Shown one piece after another: positions 34,144-45,336 of a stretch of 64,000 nt of DNA; positions within the stretch are counted from its first letter, which is position 1; every line of letters begins with the position of its first letter. Origin of the DNA: Escherichia phage vB_EcoM_ESCO10; sequence record OM386655.1. One strand, given 5' to 3'. The notes beneath the pieces were generated by a model, which was given only the letters and a program-made list of their open reading frames with translations, did no database searches and was not told the DNA's origin. The position numbers and the translations under genes were made by a program.

Positions 34144-37100
34144 ATGTCTGTACAAGCGCCTTCCGTTACTAGTTTGAGAATCGATAAACTCTCGGCTAAC
34201 CATGTAAGTATTCTTTGGGATGACGTAGGCGCCAATTTCTATTATTTCGTAGAACTGGCCCAAACCAAGGATGCGGGTGAATCTATACCCGATGATAAGT
34301 TATTTTGGAGAAATTTAGGTTATACCCCGAACAACAATTGGTTCGAAGAAAGATTTATTTCTCCTAATTCGTTTTATAAAATGCGTGTCGCTGTAGCAGC
34401 TCAAGGATTTGAACAATCTGACTGGGTTTATACAGAAGAATTCGAGACATTTTCTACCAACGCATATACCTTCGAGCATATGCGAGAATTCACTTTATCT
34501 AATAAATTCATTGAAGAAAAATTTACCAAAAATAACCAGAGTTACGTGGATTTTAATAGTGACGCCATTATGGCTTCTATGATGGCCGAAGATTTTACTT
34601 GGACTCCGGCATATTCGCACCTTTCTTCAATTTCTAATTATGTATTAAAGGCCGACCGCTTCCATGAGATTCAAGGAAGTATCCAAGCTGTTTGTAAAGA
34701 CCCTAATCGTTCCATTTTAATGGAGCTTGGTGGAGTACTTTATCTTTTAGAAAGATTTCAGAACACTGCTAAGGTATCTAATGACAAAGCTCAAAACTGG
34801 CACTATATTCGCCTGTTTAACGACCGAGTTGGTAATCCGGTTTCACGTACGGCCCATTACCAAACAGACACCACAACTTATGTTTTAGGTTATGATCGTA
34901 TATTTTACGGACGTAAATCGAGCGATATCAGATGGTCTGCTGATGATGTACGTTTTAGCTCGCAAGATGTGACTTTTGCTAAAATTGGTAGTGATATTGA
35001 CCTTGATTTTGAAATTGAAATTTTTGGTTCTTATGCTCGTTTACCGTTAGCTATTTCTACTATAGCAGAGGCAATATGTGCTTCGGATGATTTTATTTAC
35101 GTAGCTGCTAGAGACAGAGTTTATAAAGCAAAAACCACTGATGCCCCTATTGACACCGATCCAGGTTCACCTACTTACGGTGAAAAAATATTTGAAAGTG
35201 GATATTCTTCTATAACAGGTAATCCTAAAGCGGTTTGTTATAAACTGGATTCTATTCAGGGAAATACCTTTGCCTTAATTACAGGCGAAGTTAAAGAAGA
35301 AAGAATGGACCCTACTAAAGAAGAAAACGTGGTTGATTCTGAATCTAAAGGTGTTTATTGGCTTGATGTCGAAACCGATACATGGACCCGAGTATTTGGT
35401 AATACTGAAGAAGAGAGACGCCGTATTGAGCATGGTTATACCAGCATGTCTACAGATGGTGAAGAAATATTCTTTAGTTCTAGCAACTTCAAATATGAGG
35501 TAGAAGTTGACAATGAATTGCCTTTAGAATACCCTATCGTGGCTTCTGCAGTAAAATACGTTAAGGATGAGCAGTGGATTCACGATAAACACTATCTTAT
35601 GATGAGCTTTAGGGCTAACAGTAAATCAGATTTTAAAGAATTCAAACCTGGTAGAATGGCTTATTATGCTGAACCGTTCTTTAGTTGGTCTAGACGTGAT
35701 GGGACCCGCTCTTGGATTACCACAAGTAATCATGTAATGGTGGTTTATAATGATGCTTTATATCAGAAAATTATTGATTTAAACAGTGGTTCTTCTCCTG
35801 AACGTATTATCCGTGAAATTTGGAATAAAGGCTTTTGTACTGTAACATGCCCTAACATCGAATTCAATGGGTTTAAAAAATATTCTTCAGGTATCATGAT
35901 TCATAAATCATCAGGTGAATTGGTAGGATATTTTGAGTTCGATTATCGAGTTCGAGACGAGGTTAGAATAATTTGGAAGCCTAAAGAAATAATGTTTACG
36001 GCTGAGCTCCAAAACCAAGAGCATGAGATTCCATGGACTCCTAAAGAAGAAACCGGTGAACAGGACCCTGATTTGCGTCCTTTATTGGTTAAAATGGTTC
36101 CTGATAGTTATTTGCTTCAAGATTCTAACTTTGAAAAATTCTGCGAATATTATCTTCAATTTATTAGTGATGGCTCCGGCACCCATTATAATAATCTATT
36201 AAATCTTATTCGCAACCAATATCCTAGAGAAGAAGATGCATGGGAATACTTATGGTCCGAAATCTATAAACGTAATATCTATTTGTCTAAAGAAAAGCGT
36301 GATGAAGTAGTTCGTTTCTTCCAGGCTCGACAATCTGATTTCTGGTCTACAAAAGGTACCGAAGCTTCTTATAAGTTCTTGTTTAAATTGCTTTATAACG
36401 AAGATGTTGAAATTGATATCGAGTCTAAAAACTCTATTGAATACGATATCATCGTAGAATCTGATAATATCAGTGAAGATATAGTCGGCCAAACAATTTA
36501 TACTCCTACAGGAAGAAGTAATGTTACTTATATAGAACGAAATTATAAAGATGGTAAATTGCAATGGCGTTTAACCATTCATAATCTTTTAGGTCGTTTT
36601 ATAGTGGGTCAAGAGATTAAATCTGAACGCACATCATTTAAAGGTATGATAGTGCAGGGTGTACGCGGTAAAGAATTGTTAAGTAACAATATCGATTATA
36701 TTAACCGCAACCGTTCTTATTATGTTATGACTATTAAATCAAACCTCCCAACTTCTCGCTATCGTAATGACGTGTTGAGATTTGTCCATCCGGTAGGATT
36801 TGGTTTTATAGGGATTACATTGCTTTCTATGTTTGTTAATGTCGGTTTGACATTAAAGCACACGGAAACCATTATTAATATACTTAAGAACTATAAGTGG
36901 GACTCGGGACTTCCGTCAGAATGGTATGATAGAGTTGCTGTAATCGGATTTGATGGTAATATAGAACGAGACCCTAGAACAGGGCTCCCGGTTTATAATG
37001 TCGGTCCGAAAGCAGGTGAACCATTCCCTATTCCGGCAGATTATGATACAGAAAATGATTTCTCTGTATTCCAAGGCCAATTACCTCATGAACGTATTAA

Positions 37101-37236
37101 AAAGCACAGTCCTTTATTTGACCAAAGCGCGGTAACATTTTCAAAATGGCGAGCTTTAGTTGACGACAGACTTAAAGCTGATATCGGAAACCCTAGAGAC
37201 CCACAAGACCCAACTCAGGTAAAAATTGATGATTAA
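34144..37236 (+). CDS. 7: gp7 baseplate wedge initiator
   Basis: 1030 aa (T4 gp7 1032); synteny. Confidence 0.9.
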   Translation: MSVQAPSVTSLRIDKLSANHVSILWDDVGANFYYFVELAQTKDAGESIPDDKLFWRNLGYTPNNNWFEERFISPNSFYKMRVAVAAQGFEQSDWVYTEEFETFSTNAYTFEHMREFTLSNKFIEEKFTKNNQSYVDFNSDAIMASMMAEDFTWTPAYSHLSSISNYVLKADRFHEIQGSIQAVCKDPNRSILMELGGVLYLLERFQNTAKVSNDKAQNWHYIRLFNDRVGNPVSRTAHYQTDTTTYVLGYDRIFYGRKSSDIRWSADDVRFSSQDVTFAKIGSDIDLDFEIEIFGSYARLPLAISTIAEAICASDDFIYVAARDRVYKAKTTDAPIDTDPGSPTYGEKIFESGYSSITGNPKAVCYKLDSIQGNTFALITGEVKEERMDPTKEENVVDSESKGVYWLDVETDTWTRVFGNTEEERRRIEHGYTSMSTDGEEIFFSSSNFKYEVEVDNELPLEYPIVASAVKYVKDEQWIHDKHYLMMSFRANSKSDFKEFKPGRMAYYAEPFFSWSRRDGTRSWITTSNHVMVVYNDALYQKIIDLNSGSSPERIIREIWNKGFCTVTCPNIEFNGFKKYSSGIMIHKSSGELVGYFEFDYRVRDEVRIIWKPKEIMFTAELQNQEHEIPWTPKEETGEQDPDLRPLLVKMVPDSYLLQDSNFEKFCEYYLQFISDGSGTHYNNLLNLIRNQYPREEDAWEYLWSEIYKRNIYLSKEKRDEVVRFFQARQSDFWSTKGTEASYKFLFKLLYNEDVEIDIESKNSIEYDIIVESDNISEDIVGQTIYTPTGRSNVTYIERNYKDGKLQWRLTIHNLLGRFIVGQEIKSERTSFKGMIVQGVRGKELLSNNIDYINRNRSYYVMTIKSNLPTSRYRNDVLRFVHPVGFGFIGITLLSMFVNVGLTLKHTETIINILKNYKWDSGLPSEWYDRVAVIGFDGNIERDPRTGLPVYNVGPKAGEPFPIPADYDTENDFSVFQGQLPHERIKKHSPLFDQSAVTFSKWRALVDDRLKADIGNPRDPQDPTQVKIDD

Positions 37237-38233
37237 CTCAACAGTAATATACCGTTCTATTGTTACTTCTAAATTTAGAACGGAAAAAATGTACAACTTT
37301 TACAGAACAATCGGTGATGGCGAAGACCAGAACACGATGTATGTATCTTTCGGAAGAGCCCAACCATGGGCTCCTAACGAAAACGACCCAGGCTTTGCTC
37401 CGCCGTATCCTGTGGATGATTCTGAGGGCGTAGAGGATGTCTGGACAAACATGATGGGTTGTGTTAAGGTTTATAAGAGTATGCTGGATTGTGTTGTTCC
37501 TCGCAAAGACTGGGGCGATACCTCTTATCCTAATCCTTTCACATTCCAGATTGGTGAAATTGTAGTGGCGAATAGCCAGCCACAAAACCGTACTGATGTC
37601 GGTGCAGGTTGGATGGTTTATCGTTGTGTAGACGTTCCTGAATCTGGAGCATGCTCTATTTTATCTCTTGATAACAAAACAGAGTGTATTAAACTTGGTG
37701 GTAAATGGACCGCTAATGTCCCTTCAGTTAAAGCCCCAGCTGGACAAGGTGACACTGAAGGTATGGTTGATACAGGCGACGGTTATCTTTGGGAATATCT
37801 TTATGAGATTCCACCTGATGTGAGCATTAACCGTTGTACCAATGAATACATTGTGGTTCCATGGCCGGAAGAAATTGCTGAAGACCCCGAACGTTGGGGA
37901 TATGAAAATAACCTCACTTGGCAACAAGATGATTATGGGTTGATTTATCGTATTAAAGGCAATACTATTCGTTTTAAAGCATTCCTAGATTCGGTTTATT
38001 TCCCTGAATTTAGTTTGCCAGGGAATAAAGGATTTAGACAACTTTCAATAATTTCTAACCCATTGGAAGCTAAAGCCCACCCATCCGATCCGATCATTAA
38101 AGCCGAAAAAGAGTACTATGATGTTATAGACCTCTCCCGCCACTCAGGTGAAATGATTTATATGGAAAACCGTCCTCCGGTTATTCGTTCCATGGACCAA
38201 ACCGAAGAAATTAACATTATCTTCGAATTCTAG
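37226..38233 (+). CDS. 8: gp8 baseplate wedge protein
   Basis: 335 aa (T4 gp8 334); synteny. Confidence 0.9.
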   Translation: MMINSTVIYRSIVTSKFRTEKMYNFYRTIGDGEDQNTMYVSFGRAQPWAPNENDPGFAPPYPVDDSEGVEDVWTNMMGCVKVYKSMLDCVVPRKDWGDTSYPNPFTFQIGEIVVANSQPQNRTDVGAGWMVYRCVDVPESGACSILSLDNKTECIKLGGKWTANVPSVKAPAGQGDTEGMVDTGDGYLWEYLYEIPPDVSINRCTNEYIVVPWPEEIAEDPERWGYENNLTWQQDDYGLIYRIKGNTIRFKAFLDSVYFPEFSLPGNKGFRQLSIISNPLEAKAHPSDPIIKAEKEYYDVIDLSRHSGEMIYMENRPPVIRSMDQTEEINIIFEF

Positions 38234-38256
38234 AAAGGGGCCGCAAGGCCCTTTCG
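38233..38256 (+). terminator. possible terminator/attenuator after gene 8
   Basis: GC-rich hairpin AGGGGCC-GCAA-GGCCCTT with only a short T tract. Confidence 0.4.
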
Positions 38257-38260
38257 GGGG

Positions 38261-38268
38261 TATAAATA
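38261..38268 (+). promoter_or_regulatory. late promoter (TATAAATA) for gene 9
   Basis: Exact TATAAATA 26 nt upstream of ATG, preceded by a GC hairpin. Confidence 0.65.
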
Positions 38269-38294
38269 CGTTATATCAATAATGAGGCATACCT

Positions 38295-39155
38295 ATGATT
38301 AAGCAAACTGGTAAATTACTAATTGACGTTGGTGAAATTGGTAATGCTAGCACCGGCGACATCTTATATGACGGTGGTGTTAAACTAAACACCGACTTAA
38401 ACAACATCTATAATACCTTTGGTGACCAACGTAAGGCATCTCTTACAGGCGAAACTACCGGCCAGAAATTACACGCCACCGGATATTACCAAAAATTCGG
38501 CGATTCAGACCAAGCAGGTTCTGTTGACCTTGGCTCCTTGGTTGATATTGATGCTTCCACAGGCTCTATAGTTTTAACTACGGTAAAAGGGGCTGTGGGT
38601 GAAGGTATTGAAATAATTAACTCTAATGGAAGTATTTCAGCTACTAATTATCTTGAAATCCGTATATTGGACTCGTTTTTAAACCACCCTACATCAACTC
38701 TAAGAATAGTAACCCCTTATACTCGAGTTCTGTTATGGTGCGTAAGTGATATAAACGGGATAGCTGTATGGGATTATTCTATTGAGAGTATGTTTGGTGA
38801 TAAACGAGTACCGTTAAATAGAACATATAACATTTCTGACGTATCTAGAGATATCCCGGTGGTTTTTTCAGGACAATATTCTTTGGTCAAGCTTTTAGTT
38901 ACAGCAGTAAATGCTAATGAAACCATTTATAAAGCTTCTGAATATCTTTTGTTTATGGATAACCAAGCTAAAAAAATATATTCTACAGAATATGCCGTTA
39001 TCCGTCGTGGACAGGCCACTGATGAAGACGAAATTTACAAACTCGATTTTAAATTTGATACCTCTAACTATATAGTGGCTACGGCATCATCTGAAACCCC
39101 TATGAGATTAGCAATTAAAGTCGTAGATACCCAAACTATTGGAGTTCCAGTATAA
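38295..39155 (+). CDS. 9: gp9 baseplate wedge / long-tail-fiber socket
   Basis: 286 aa (T4 gp9 288); TATAAATA late promoter and GAGG SD upstream. Confidence 0.85.
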   Translation: MIKQTGKLLIDVGEIGNASTGDILYDGGVKLNTDLNNIYNTFGDQRKASLTGETTGQKLHATGYYQKFGDSDQAGSVDLGSLVDIDASTGSIVLTTVKGAVGEGIEIINSNGSISATNYLEIRILDSFLNHPTSTLRIVTPYTRVLLWCVSDINGIAVWDYSIESMFGDKRVPLNRTYNISDVSRDIPVVFSGQYSLVKLLVTAVNANETIYKASEYLLFMDNQAKKIYSTEYAVIRRGQATDEDEIYKLDFKFDTSNYIVATASSETPMRLAIKVVDTQTIGVPV

Positions 39156-40966
39156 TGAAACAAGAATTAAAAATAGGCCAGGCCGTTGACGATGGCTCCG
39201 GAGATTACCTGCGTGCAGGTGGTCTAAAAATCAATAATAACTTTAATGAGTTATACTATCAATTAGGTGATGGAGATAATCCTCACGCGGCTGGTGCCTG
39301 GAAACAATATTCTACTGCAGATGGTCCTTTACTTAATGCTGTTATGGGTCATAGCTATACGTTGAATACCCAAGGTGGAAGGATTAACGTTCAGCTTCCT
39401 AAAGGCACCCCTTCAGAGTATAACTTTGTAATTCGTTTGCGTGATGTTTATTCTTCTTGGCAAGCGAACCCTGTAACAATTATACCTGCTCCAGGCGATA
39501 CGATTAAAGGCTCTGCTGTTCAAGTTGAAATAGCACGTAATTTCGCTGACCTTGAACTTGTTTATTGTGCTCCAGGGCGTTGGGAATATGTTGAGAATAA
39601 GCAAGTTAACCGTATCCCAAATAACGACCTCGCTACTGTAGCAACCAAACAGTTTATTGCTACTGAAGGTCAAACTGATTTCTTGGATATTTTCCCAGGA
39701 TTGACCTATAATATTTCTAGTCTTAGTGTAATTCAACGCGGTAACACCCTGTTTTATGGTGTAGATGATATATTTGATGAAGCCACTTCAGAGTTTGGTA
39801 GCCCAGGCACTAACCCGGGTGAATTGGTTGAATTGAATGGTAAAGATATCCGTTTGAAATATCCATGTGAAGCCGGTGATACAGTAATCATTAAATCATA
39901 TAATGATGGGTTGGCTCAATGGCGTAGTTCTTACAATCGTCGTGATATTACAATTTTAGATAAAGCTTTGACTCACGAAACATCAGTCAATGGTTCTAAA
40001 ATAGTATTAGACCTTTCTACTATACAAACCATTACAGCAGTAGAATTAAATGTTTCTCCTACAAGCCCTATTAACCCTAATGCTTGCCAGGTAATGCTTA
40101 ACAGTACATTAATGCATCAAGCAGGCACCGCAGGTTATCCAGCATTTTATTGTGAAGGTGTTGATACGGATGATGCAGGCCTTTGTGCTGATTCAGGCGG
40201 CGTGTGGACCCAATCTAAATCTGATTATATTTTGAATATTGCAGATGACGATAAAATTGAATCATTCGAATTTGGACGTAAATTAGAACATGGTGATATC
40301 CTTACCGTAATTTGGTACAATAATGATATTGGTACTACCATGACTATTGACGAGATTTTAGATACTACAAATGATATCTACATTTCTCAAGGACCTTCGG
40401 TGTCTTTAACAGGACAAGTTCGTATTACTGACGTAGATAATCCGTTTTCTCCTAACTTTGAACCGGTGGCAGAATCCGAAGTTTCTATTAATACAGCTGC
40501 AGTTATGTTTGATTTGTTCCACCCAATAGGGACGATTTATGAAAACACCGTGAACCCTAATAACCCTGCAACTTATATGGGTATGGGCAGTTGGAAACGT
40601 TTATCAGATAGTTTCCTTGTAGGTTGGTCACCAGATGCAGATTCGTTGTTCAATGCGAACAATAATGATTTGGATTCTGCAGGTGTTCCGCAGTCTACTG
40701 CAGGTGGTACAGGTGGCTCTCATAATATTTCTATTAAGTATGAAAACGTTCCTGAACTTACTACCGATGAAAAGGTTCTTGTTGCTGATGATAATGGTAC
40801 TGTGGTTGTTGGTGGCTGTTTGGTTGACCCGGATGCACAAGGCCCTGCTTATACTAAATATCGTGAAGATAATGCCACGATTAATAAACAACAATCTACC
40901 ACGCCTATTCCAATTGGTACTTTGCCTCCATATACAACCGTTTATCGCTGGGTGAGGATTGCGTAA
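39155..40966 (+). CDS. 10: gp10 baseplate wedge / pin protein
   Basis: 603 aa (T4 602); synteny. Confidence 0.9.
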   Translation: MKQELKIGQAVDDGSGDYLRAGGLKINNNFNELYYQLGDGDNPHAAGAWKQYSTADGPLLNAVMGHSYTLNTQGGRINVQLPKGTPSEYNFVIRLRDVYSSWQANPVTIIPAPGDTIKGSAVQVEIARNFADLELVYCAPGRWEYVENKQVNRIPNNDLATVATKQFIATEGQTDFLDIFPGLTYNISSLSVIQRGNTLFYGVDDIFDEATSEFGSPGTNPGELVELNGKDIRLKYPCEAGDTVIIKSYNDGLAQWRSSYNRRDITILDKALTHETSVNGSKIVLDLSTIQTITAVELNVSPTSPINPNACQVMLNSTLMHQAGTAGYPAFYCEGVDTDDAGLCADSGGVWTQSKSDYILNIADDDKIESFEFGRKLEHGDILTVIWYNNDIGTTMTIDEILDTTNDIYISQGPSVSLTGQVRITDVDNPFSPNFEPVAESEVSINTAAVMFDLFHPIGTIYENTVNPNNPATYMGMGSWKRLSDSFLVGWSPDADSLFNANNNDLDSAGVPQSTAGGTGGSHNISIKYENVPELTTDEKVLVADDNGTVVVGGCLVDPDAQGPAYTKYREDNATINKQQSTTPIPIGTLPPYTTVYRWVRIA

Positions 40967-41631
40967 TGACTTTAACAGAAATGAAAAGCGGGTTAAAATC
41001 CCGCCTTGCCGACTTTTTAGAATTTTCTTTTACAACTAATCAACCTGCCGCTGTGGCAGGTCAACGCCCTATTGGTGGACCGTCAGCAAACCAAACCCGA
41101 AAAGGTGTTTATTATCCTACGGTCCAAAGCGCTATTGATGATATTGCTTTCCGCGCAGAACTTCCTGTTAATGCAGTGATAACTACTACTGAAAACAGAG
41201 CACCGGGTTTTATCCAACAATCAGATAAATTAACTTTCTCTGGTTCCATTTCTTCCGGTGGCGAATTAGGCGATACGGTTATAATTAAGGTATTTGGCCT
41301 ACCGGTAGAAGTTATTGTGGGTGATTCTTCTGTTCTGGTTGCTTCTAAAGTTAACGATGTTTTTATAAGCGCTATTGCTAATAGTTATATTTTGGCAGAA
41401 ACCTCTATCGACCCTCTGGACCAATCTACTTTAAACATTAAATATAACGACTACCAAAACCATATTTTTGAGCCATTTAAACAAGCAGGATGTACCATTT
41501 CCCAAACCATAGTCCAAGAGCCTCGTGCAGGTTATGGGTACTGGGAATATTTAGGTTCTACTACAGAATCTATGACTGGTGGAACTATAAATGGAACAAC
41601 AACTTTATATCACTATAAGCGAGTAAGTTAA
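40966..41631 (+). CDS. 11: gp11 baseplate wedge / short-fiber attachment protein
   Basis: 221 aa (T4 219); synteny. Confidence 0.85.
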   Translation: MTLTEMKSGLKSRLADFLEFSFTTNQPAAVAGQRPIGGPSANQTRKGVYYPTVQSAIDDIAFRAELPVNAVITTTENRAPGFIQQSDKLTFSGSISSGGELGDTVIIKVFGLPVEVIVGDSSVLVASKVNDVFISAIANSYILAETSIDPLDQSTLNIKYNDYQNHIFEPFKQAGCTISQTIVQEPRAGYGYWEYLGSTTESMTGGTINGTTTLYHYKRVS

Positions 41632-43163
41632 TGTCTACAAATACACTAAAACATATAAGTGATAAATCAGAATTTAAAACATTCGACCCTACTGGGTCGA
41701 ATTTTGACCCCAGTATTACCAACGTCCAAGACGCATTATCATCCATTTCCGCTATAGGTGTTACAGGTGATATTCCAGCTGCATCTGAAACAGAACAAGG
41801 TATTATTAGATTAGCCACCCAACAAGAAGTTATTGATGGTACTGATACTTTCACTGCGGTGACCCCTGCTACTTTAAAAGGACGCTTGGATATCCCTACT
41901 CAAGCAACAGAAACTTATGTAGGTATTACTCGTTATGCTACTAATGGCGAGGCCATCGCCGGGACAGAGACCCAGGCTGCAATCGTAGCATCATCTTTGA
42001 AGGCTACTATAGATTATACATTCACTAATCGTTTAGCCACAGAGAACACTACAGGCGTACTCAAGATTTCAACCCTGCCAGCGGCTTTAGCGGGTACAGA
42101 TGATACTACGGCTATGACACCTCTGAAAACCGCACAGGCAATTGGAGCTGCTACATCGGCTTTACCTACTTATGCAAGTGCCACGCAAACCACTGAAGGT
42201 ATTGTTAGAATCGCAACAAATGCTGAAGTGGCAAACGGTACATTGACCAATGGTGTGGCAATTTCTCCTTCAGGGTTAAAATCCCTAACTTCTACCCAAG
42301 GACGTGCAGGTATTATTAGATTGGCCACTCCACAAGAAGCTTCTGCCGGTAGTAATTCTAATATAGCTTTATCTCCTTCAACTCTTCTTTCTCGTACTGG
42401 TACTACCGGAAGGGTTGGTGTTGTTAAATTGACTACCACGGTAGGTTCTGGTGACGGAAGTACAGCATTGGCATATAATGCTAACGTTATTTCTACCACC
42501 GGCGGTACTATTAATGGTACTTTAAACGTTAATGGTACTTTACGTCGTAATGGGCGTGATGTTGTTACTGTCGACCAATTAAAAGATTCTGTTCCTATTG
42601 GTACTATCGTTATGTGGGGAGGCCAAATTAATAATATCCCTGCAGGTTGGGCCGTTTGTGATGGCGGTAACTCTGGTGAGCAAGGATTCCGGAACGTAGT
42701 TGGTAGTAAATGGGGTTCAACCGGTGCTCGTCCTGACTTCCGTGGATTATATCCTAGAGGTGCAAACCAAACTAATGACGGTGGATTAAAAGAATGGGAC
42801 GCTAACGTTAGAATCAGAGACGCCAAAGGTAACGACGCTAAAGGCAAACCTAAATTGGGTGTTGGTGTAGGCTCTTATGGTCATGGTACTGTACAAGCTC
42901 AACAACTTCGTTTCCATAAACATGCCGGTGGTTTTGGTGAGCATGATAACTCAGGTGCTTTTGGTAACACGGTTCGTTCTAACTTTGCAGGTACTCGTAA
43001 AGGATTGGACTGGGATAACCGTTCTTACTTTACAAACGAAGGATACGAAATTGACGGTTCAGGTTCACGAGATTCAAGAACCACCCTAAATAGTGAAGGG
43101 TTAATTGGTAACGAAAACCGTCCTTGGACTATGTCCATTCTATTCATTATTAAAGTTGCTTAA
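41631..43163 (+). CDS. 12: gp12 short tail fiber
   Basis: 510 aa; about six ~35-aa fibre repeats (GIIRLATQQEV..., GIVRIATNAEV..., GIIRLATPQEA...); synteny. Confidence 0.85.
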   Translation: MSTNTLKHISDKSEFKTFDPTGSNFDPSITNVQDALSSISAIGVTGDIPAASETEQGIIRLATQQEVIDGTDTFTAVTPATLKGRLDIPTQATETYVGITRYATNGEAIAGTETQAAIVASSLKATIDYTFTNRLATENTTGVLKISTLPAALAGTDDTTAMTPLKTAQAIGAATSALPTYASATQTTEGIVRIATNAEVANGTLTNGVAISPSGLKSLTSTQGRAGIIRLATPQEASAGSNSNIALSPSTLLSRTGTTGRVGVVKLTTTVGSGDGSTALAYNANVISTTGGTINGTLNVNGTLRRNGRDVVTVDQLKDSVPIGTIVMWGGQINNIPAGWAVCDGGNSGEQGFRNVVGSKWGSTGARPDFRGLYPRGANQTNDGGLKEWDANVRIRDAKGNDAKGKPKLGVGVGSYGHGTVQAQQLRFHKHAGGFGEHDNSGAFGNTVRSNFAGTRKGLDWDNRSYFTNEGYEIDGSGSRDSRTTLNSEGLIGNENRPWTMSILFIIKVA

Positions 43164-43172
43164 GGAAATAAA

Positions 43173-45335
43173 ATGATTGACAAACTGAGTATTAAAGAAC
43201 TTCCGTTTGTCGATGGTGTACCTGATGCATCCCAAGAGCGTATCCGTTGGATACGCAATGGTGAATGTATTGAAGGAGCCACGACTAAATACGGCCACGA
43301 CGGTAATTTGAATGCTCCTGCTTTAGGAGTACAAACTAACGTAGTTAGATTAGAAGAAAACGGCATAGCTTCTAAAGACAAAATTAATGAGCTTGTAGAT
43401 AACGTTAATTTAATTAATGAAGCCCTGGATATTTCTACTGATACAGCTGTTATTCAGCAAATTGAAAAGAACCGTGTCGATATATTGGCCGTAGATGAAA
43501 AGGCTTCCGAGACTAAAAAGGAATTAAGTGACTTAACAGTTAATTTTAATTTTTTAGAAGAAGACGTCGGTTATTATGACCCGACTTTAGATGGTCCATA
43601 TCTCACTGTTAGAGAAAATATAAATCTTCTTAAATCAGAAATTGGTCATTATGCAAACCAAGATATAAACAGTCAGCCGCTTCCTCCGGGTGAAACTTCT
43701 GAAGCCACCGGTATGAAACGCCGTATTATGGATAATACCAGTGCTATTGTCGACCATTCACAACGTATAGATACCCTTGAAAAGAATTATGAAGATTCTG
43801 ATGTAGGTCAACTCGGGCTTAAACTTAACGAAATTCGTGAAGAACTCGGTCCACACATTGATACGGTAGGTAAACAACCCGCTTATACTAGAATTTCCAC
43901 TCTCGAGACGGCGGCCGTAAGCTTTAACGAATCTATAGATTCTATCAAATCCAGCATAGGCTTTGATACGGGTCCTATTGATACCAGAGTAACTACATTA
44001 GAAACTAAAACATCCGTCCTAGAAAACACCGTTAATAACAGTTTGGTCCCTAGGGTTACTGCAGTAGAAACTGCCATCGGTGCTGCCGATACCCCTACTT
44101 CTATTAATGGCAGATTAGGTGGCTTGCGTACTGATGTTAACGAGTTAAAAACTATAGTTGGTGCTAGTTCATCTGAAGGGCTTCGTTTTCAGGTTTCTGA
44201 TATAGATCGTAAAATCGGCGCTGACGTAAGCCCAGCGGCCGGAACTATCAATAAACGTTTGAACGACCTTACAACTCAAGGTAATACTTCAGCCTCTACT
44301 ATTCAGGATTTGCAGGCAGAAATTGGTAATAACCAGACAGGTATCAAAGGTTCTATTCTTAAAATCACCAACCAAGTTGAAGGAACAAACCCCAACGGTA
44401 GTACTGTAGAAGAACGAGGGTTAATAAACTCTGTTAAAGGCCTTGAAGCTCAGATGACTACAAAATTGGGCGAAGCACCGACTGATGGTAAAATGTACGG
44501 ACGTAAGGATGCAGCATGGACTGAAATTCTTGACAGCACTACAGAGGTCGATGCGGTAAAAGCTTCTTTATTGGTTACTGACGGTAAGGTATCAGCTTTA
44601 ACGGCTAGAGTCGATACTAATGACGCTTCCATTTCTTCTCTTGATACCAGAACAGGTGCTTTAAACACCTCAGTAGGAGAAATTAAAGCCGATATTGTTT
44701 TGTTAAAATCTAAAGATACGGAGCAAGATAATCGTATTACTGCTTTGGAAGAAAGTGACGTAACAATTAATGGCAAAATAACGGCATTAGAAACCAAGAC
44801 CGATACCACTGATTCTGACGTTACTGCTTTGGCTTTAGATGTGAGTTCTATAGAATCACAATTAACTCCTATTAAAGCCGATATAAGCAAGAATAAAGGT
44901 GATATCGTTACTTTAACAGGACGAGTAGCGGCTAATGAAGGTGAAATTACTGATATTAAATTAGATACCGCTAAAATAACTCCTTTAACAACTCGTGTAA
45001 CCACAGCTGAAGGTAAAATAACTACCCTTGAAACGGGTTTAGCCGCAGTTAAAGTTGAATCGGATAAAGTAGCAGGAATTGATACCCGTTTAGGTACGGT
45101 CGAAGGTAAAGTTGGTACTCTTGAAACAGGTTTGGCTGCAGTTAAGGTCGAATCTGATAAAGTTGCTGATTTAGGGACCCGTTTAACTGCTGCTGAAGCA
45201 AAAATTACTGCTTTAGAAACAGAATTGACCAAACGTCCACCTGCTGCCCCTGTTGCAGACGGACTCCCGTATGTTCTGGTTGATAACGCATGGGTATTAT
45301 TGTCCGATTTTGTGACTTTAAACCCGGCACCATAA
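43173..45335 (+). CDS. wac: fibritin (whisker antigen control), elongated
   Basis: 720 aa coiled-coil protein; C-terminal foldon-like ...YVLVDNAWVLLSDFV; T4 Wac is 487 aa. Confidence 0.8.
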   Translation: MIDKLSIKELPFVDGVPDASQERIRWIRNGECIEGATTKYGHDGNLNAPALGVQTNVVRLEENGIASKDKINELVDNVNLINEALDISTDTAVIQQIEKNRVDILAVDEKASETKKELSDLTVNFNFLEEDVGYYDPTLDGPYLTVRENINLLKSEIGHYANQDINSQPLPPGETSEATGMKRRIMDNTSAIVDHSQRIDTLEKNYEDSDVGQLGLKLNEIREELGPHIDTVGKQPAYTRISTLETAAVSFNESIDSIKSSIGFDTGPIDTRVTTLETKTSVLENTVNNSLVPRVTAVETAIGAADTPTSINGRLGGLRTDVNELKTIVGASSSEGLRFQVSDIDRKIGADVSPAAGTINKRLNDLTTQGNTSASTIQDLQAEIGNNQTGIKGSILKITNQVEGTNPNGSTVEERGLINSVKGLEAQMTTKLGEAPTDGKMYGRKDAAWTEILDSTTEVDAVKASLLVTDGKVSALTARVDTNDASISSLDTRTGALNTSVGEIKADIVLLKSKDTEQDNRITALEESDVTINGKITALETKTDTTDSDVTALALDVSSIESQLTPIKADISKNKGDIVTLTGRVAANEGEITDIKLDTAKITPLTTRVTTAEGKITTLETGLAAVKVESDKVAGIDTRLGTVEGKVGTLETGLAAVKVESDKVADLGTRLTAAEAKITALETELTKRPPAAPVADGLPYVLVDNAWVLLSDFVTLNPAP
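45027..45212 (+). repeat. tandem 93-bp (31-codon) duplication inside wac
   Basis: cttgaaacgggtttagccgcagttaaagttgaatcggataaagt... at 45027 recurs at 45120 with few substitutions; protein TLETGLAAVKVESDKVA twice. Confidence 0.8.
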
Positions 45336-45336
45336 T

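Noticed and set aside
42170-42847. 225-aa minus-strand ORF inside gene 12, and similar ones inside genes 18 and 17
   Set aside because: Antisense frames inside conserved structural genes; no independent signals.
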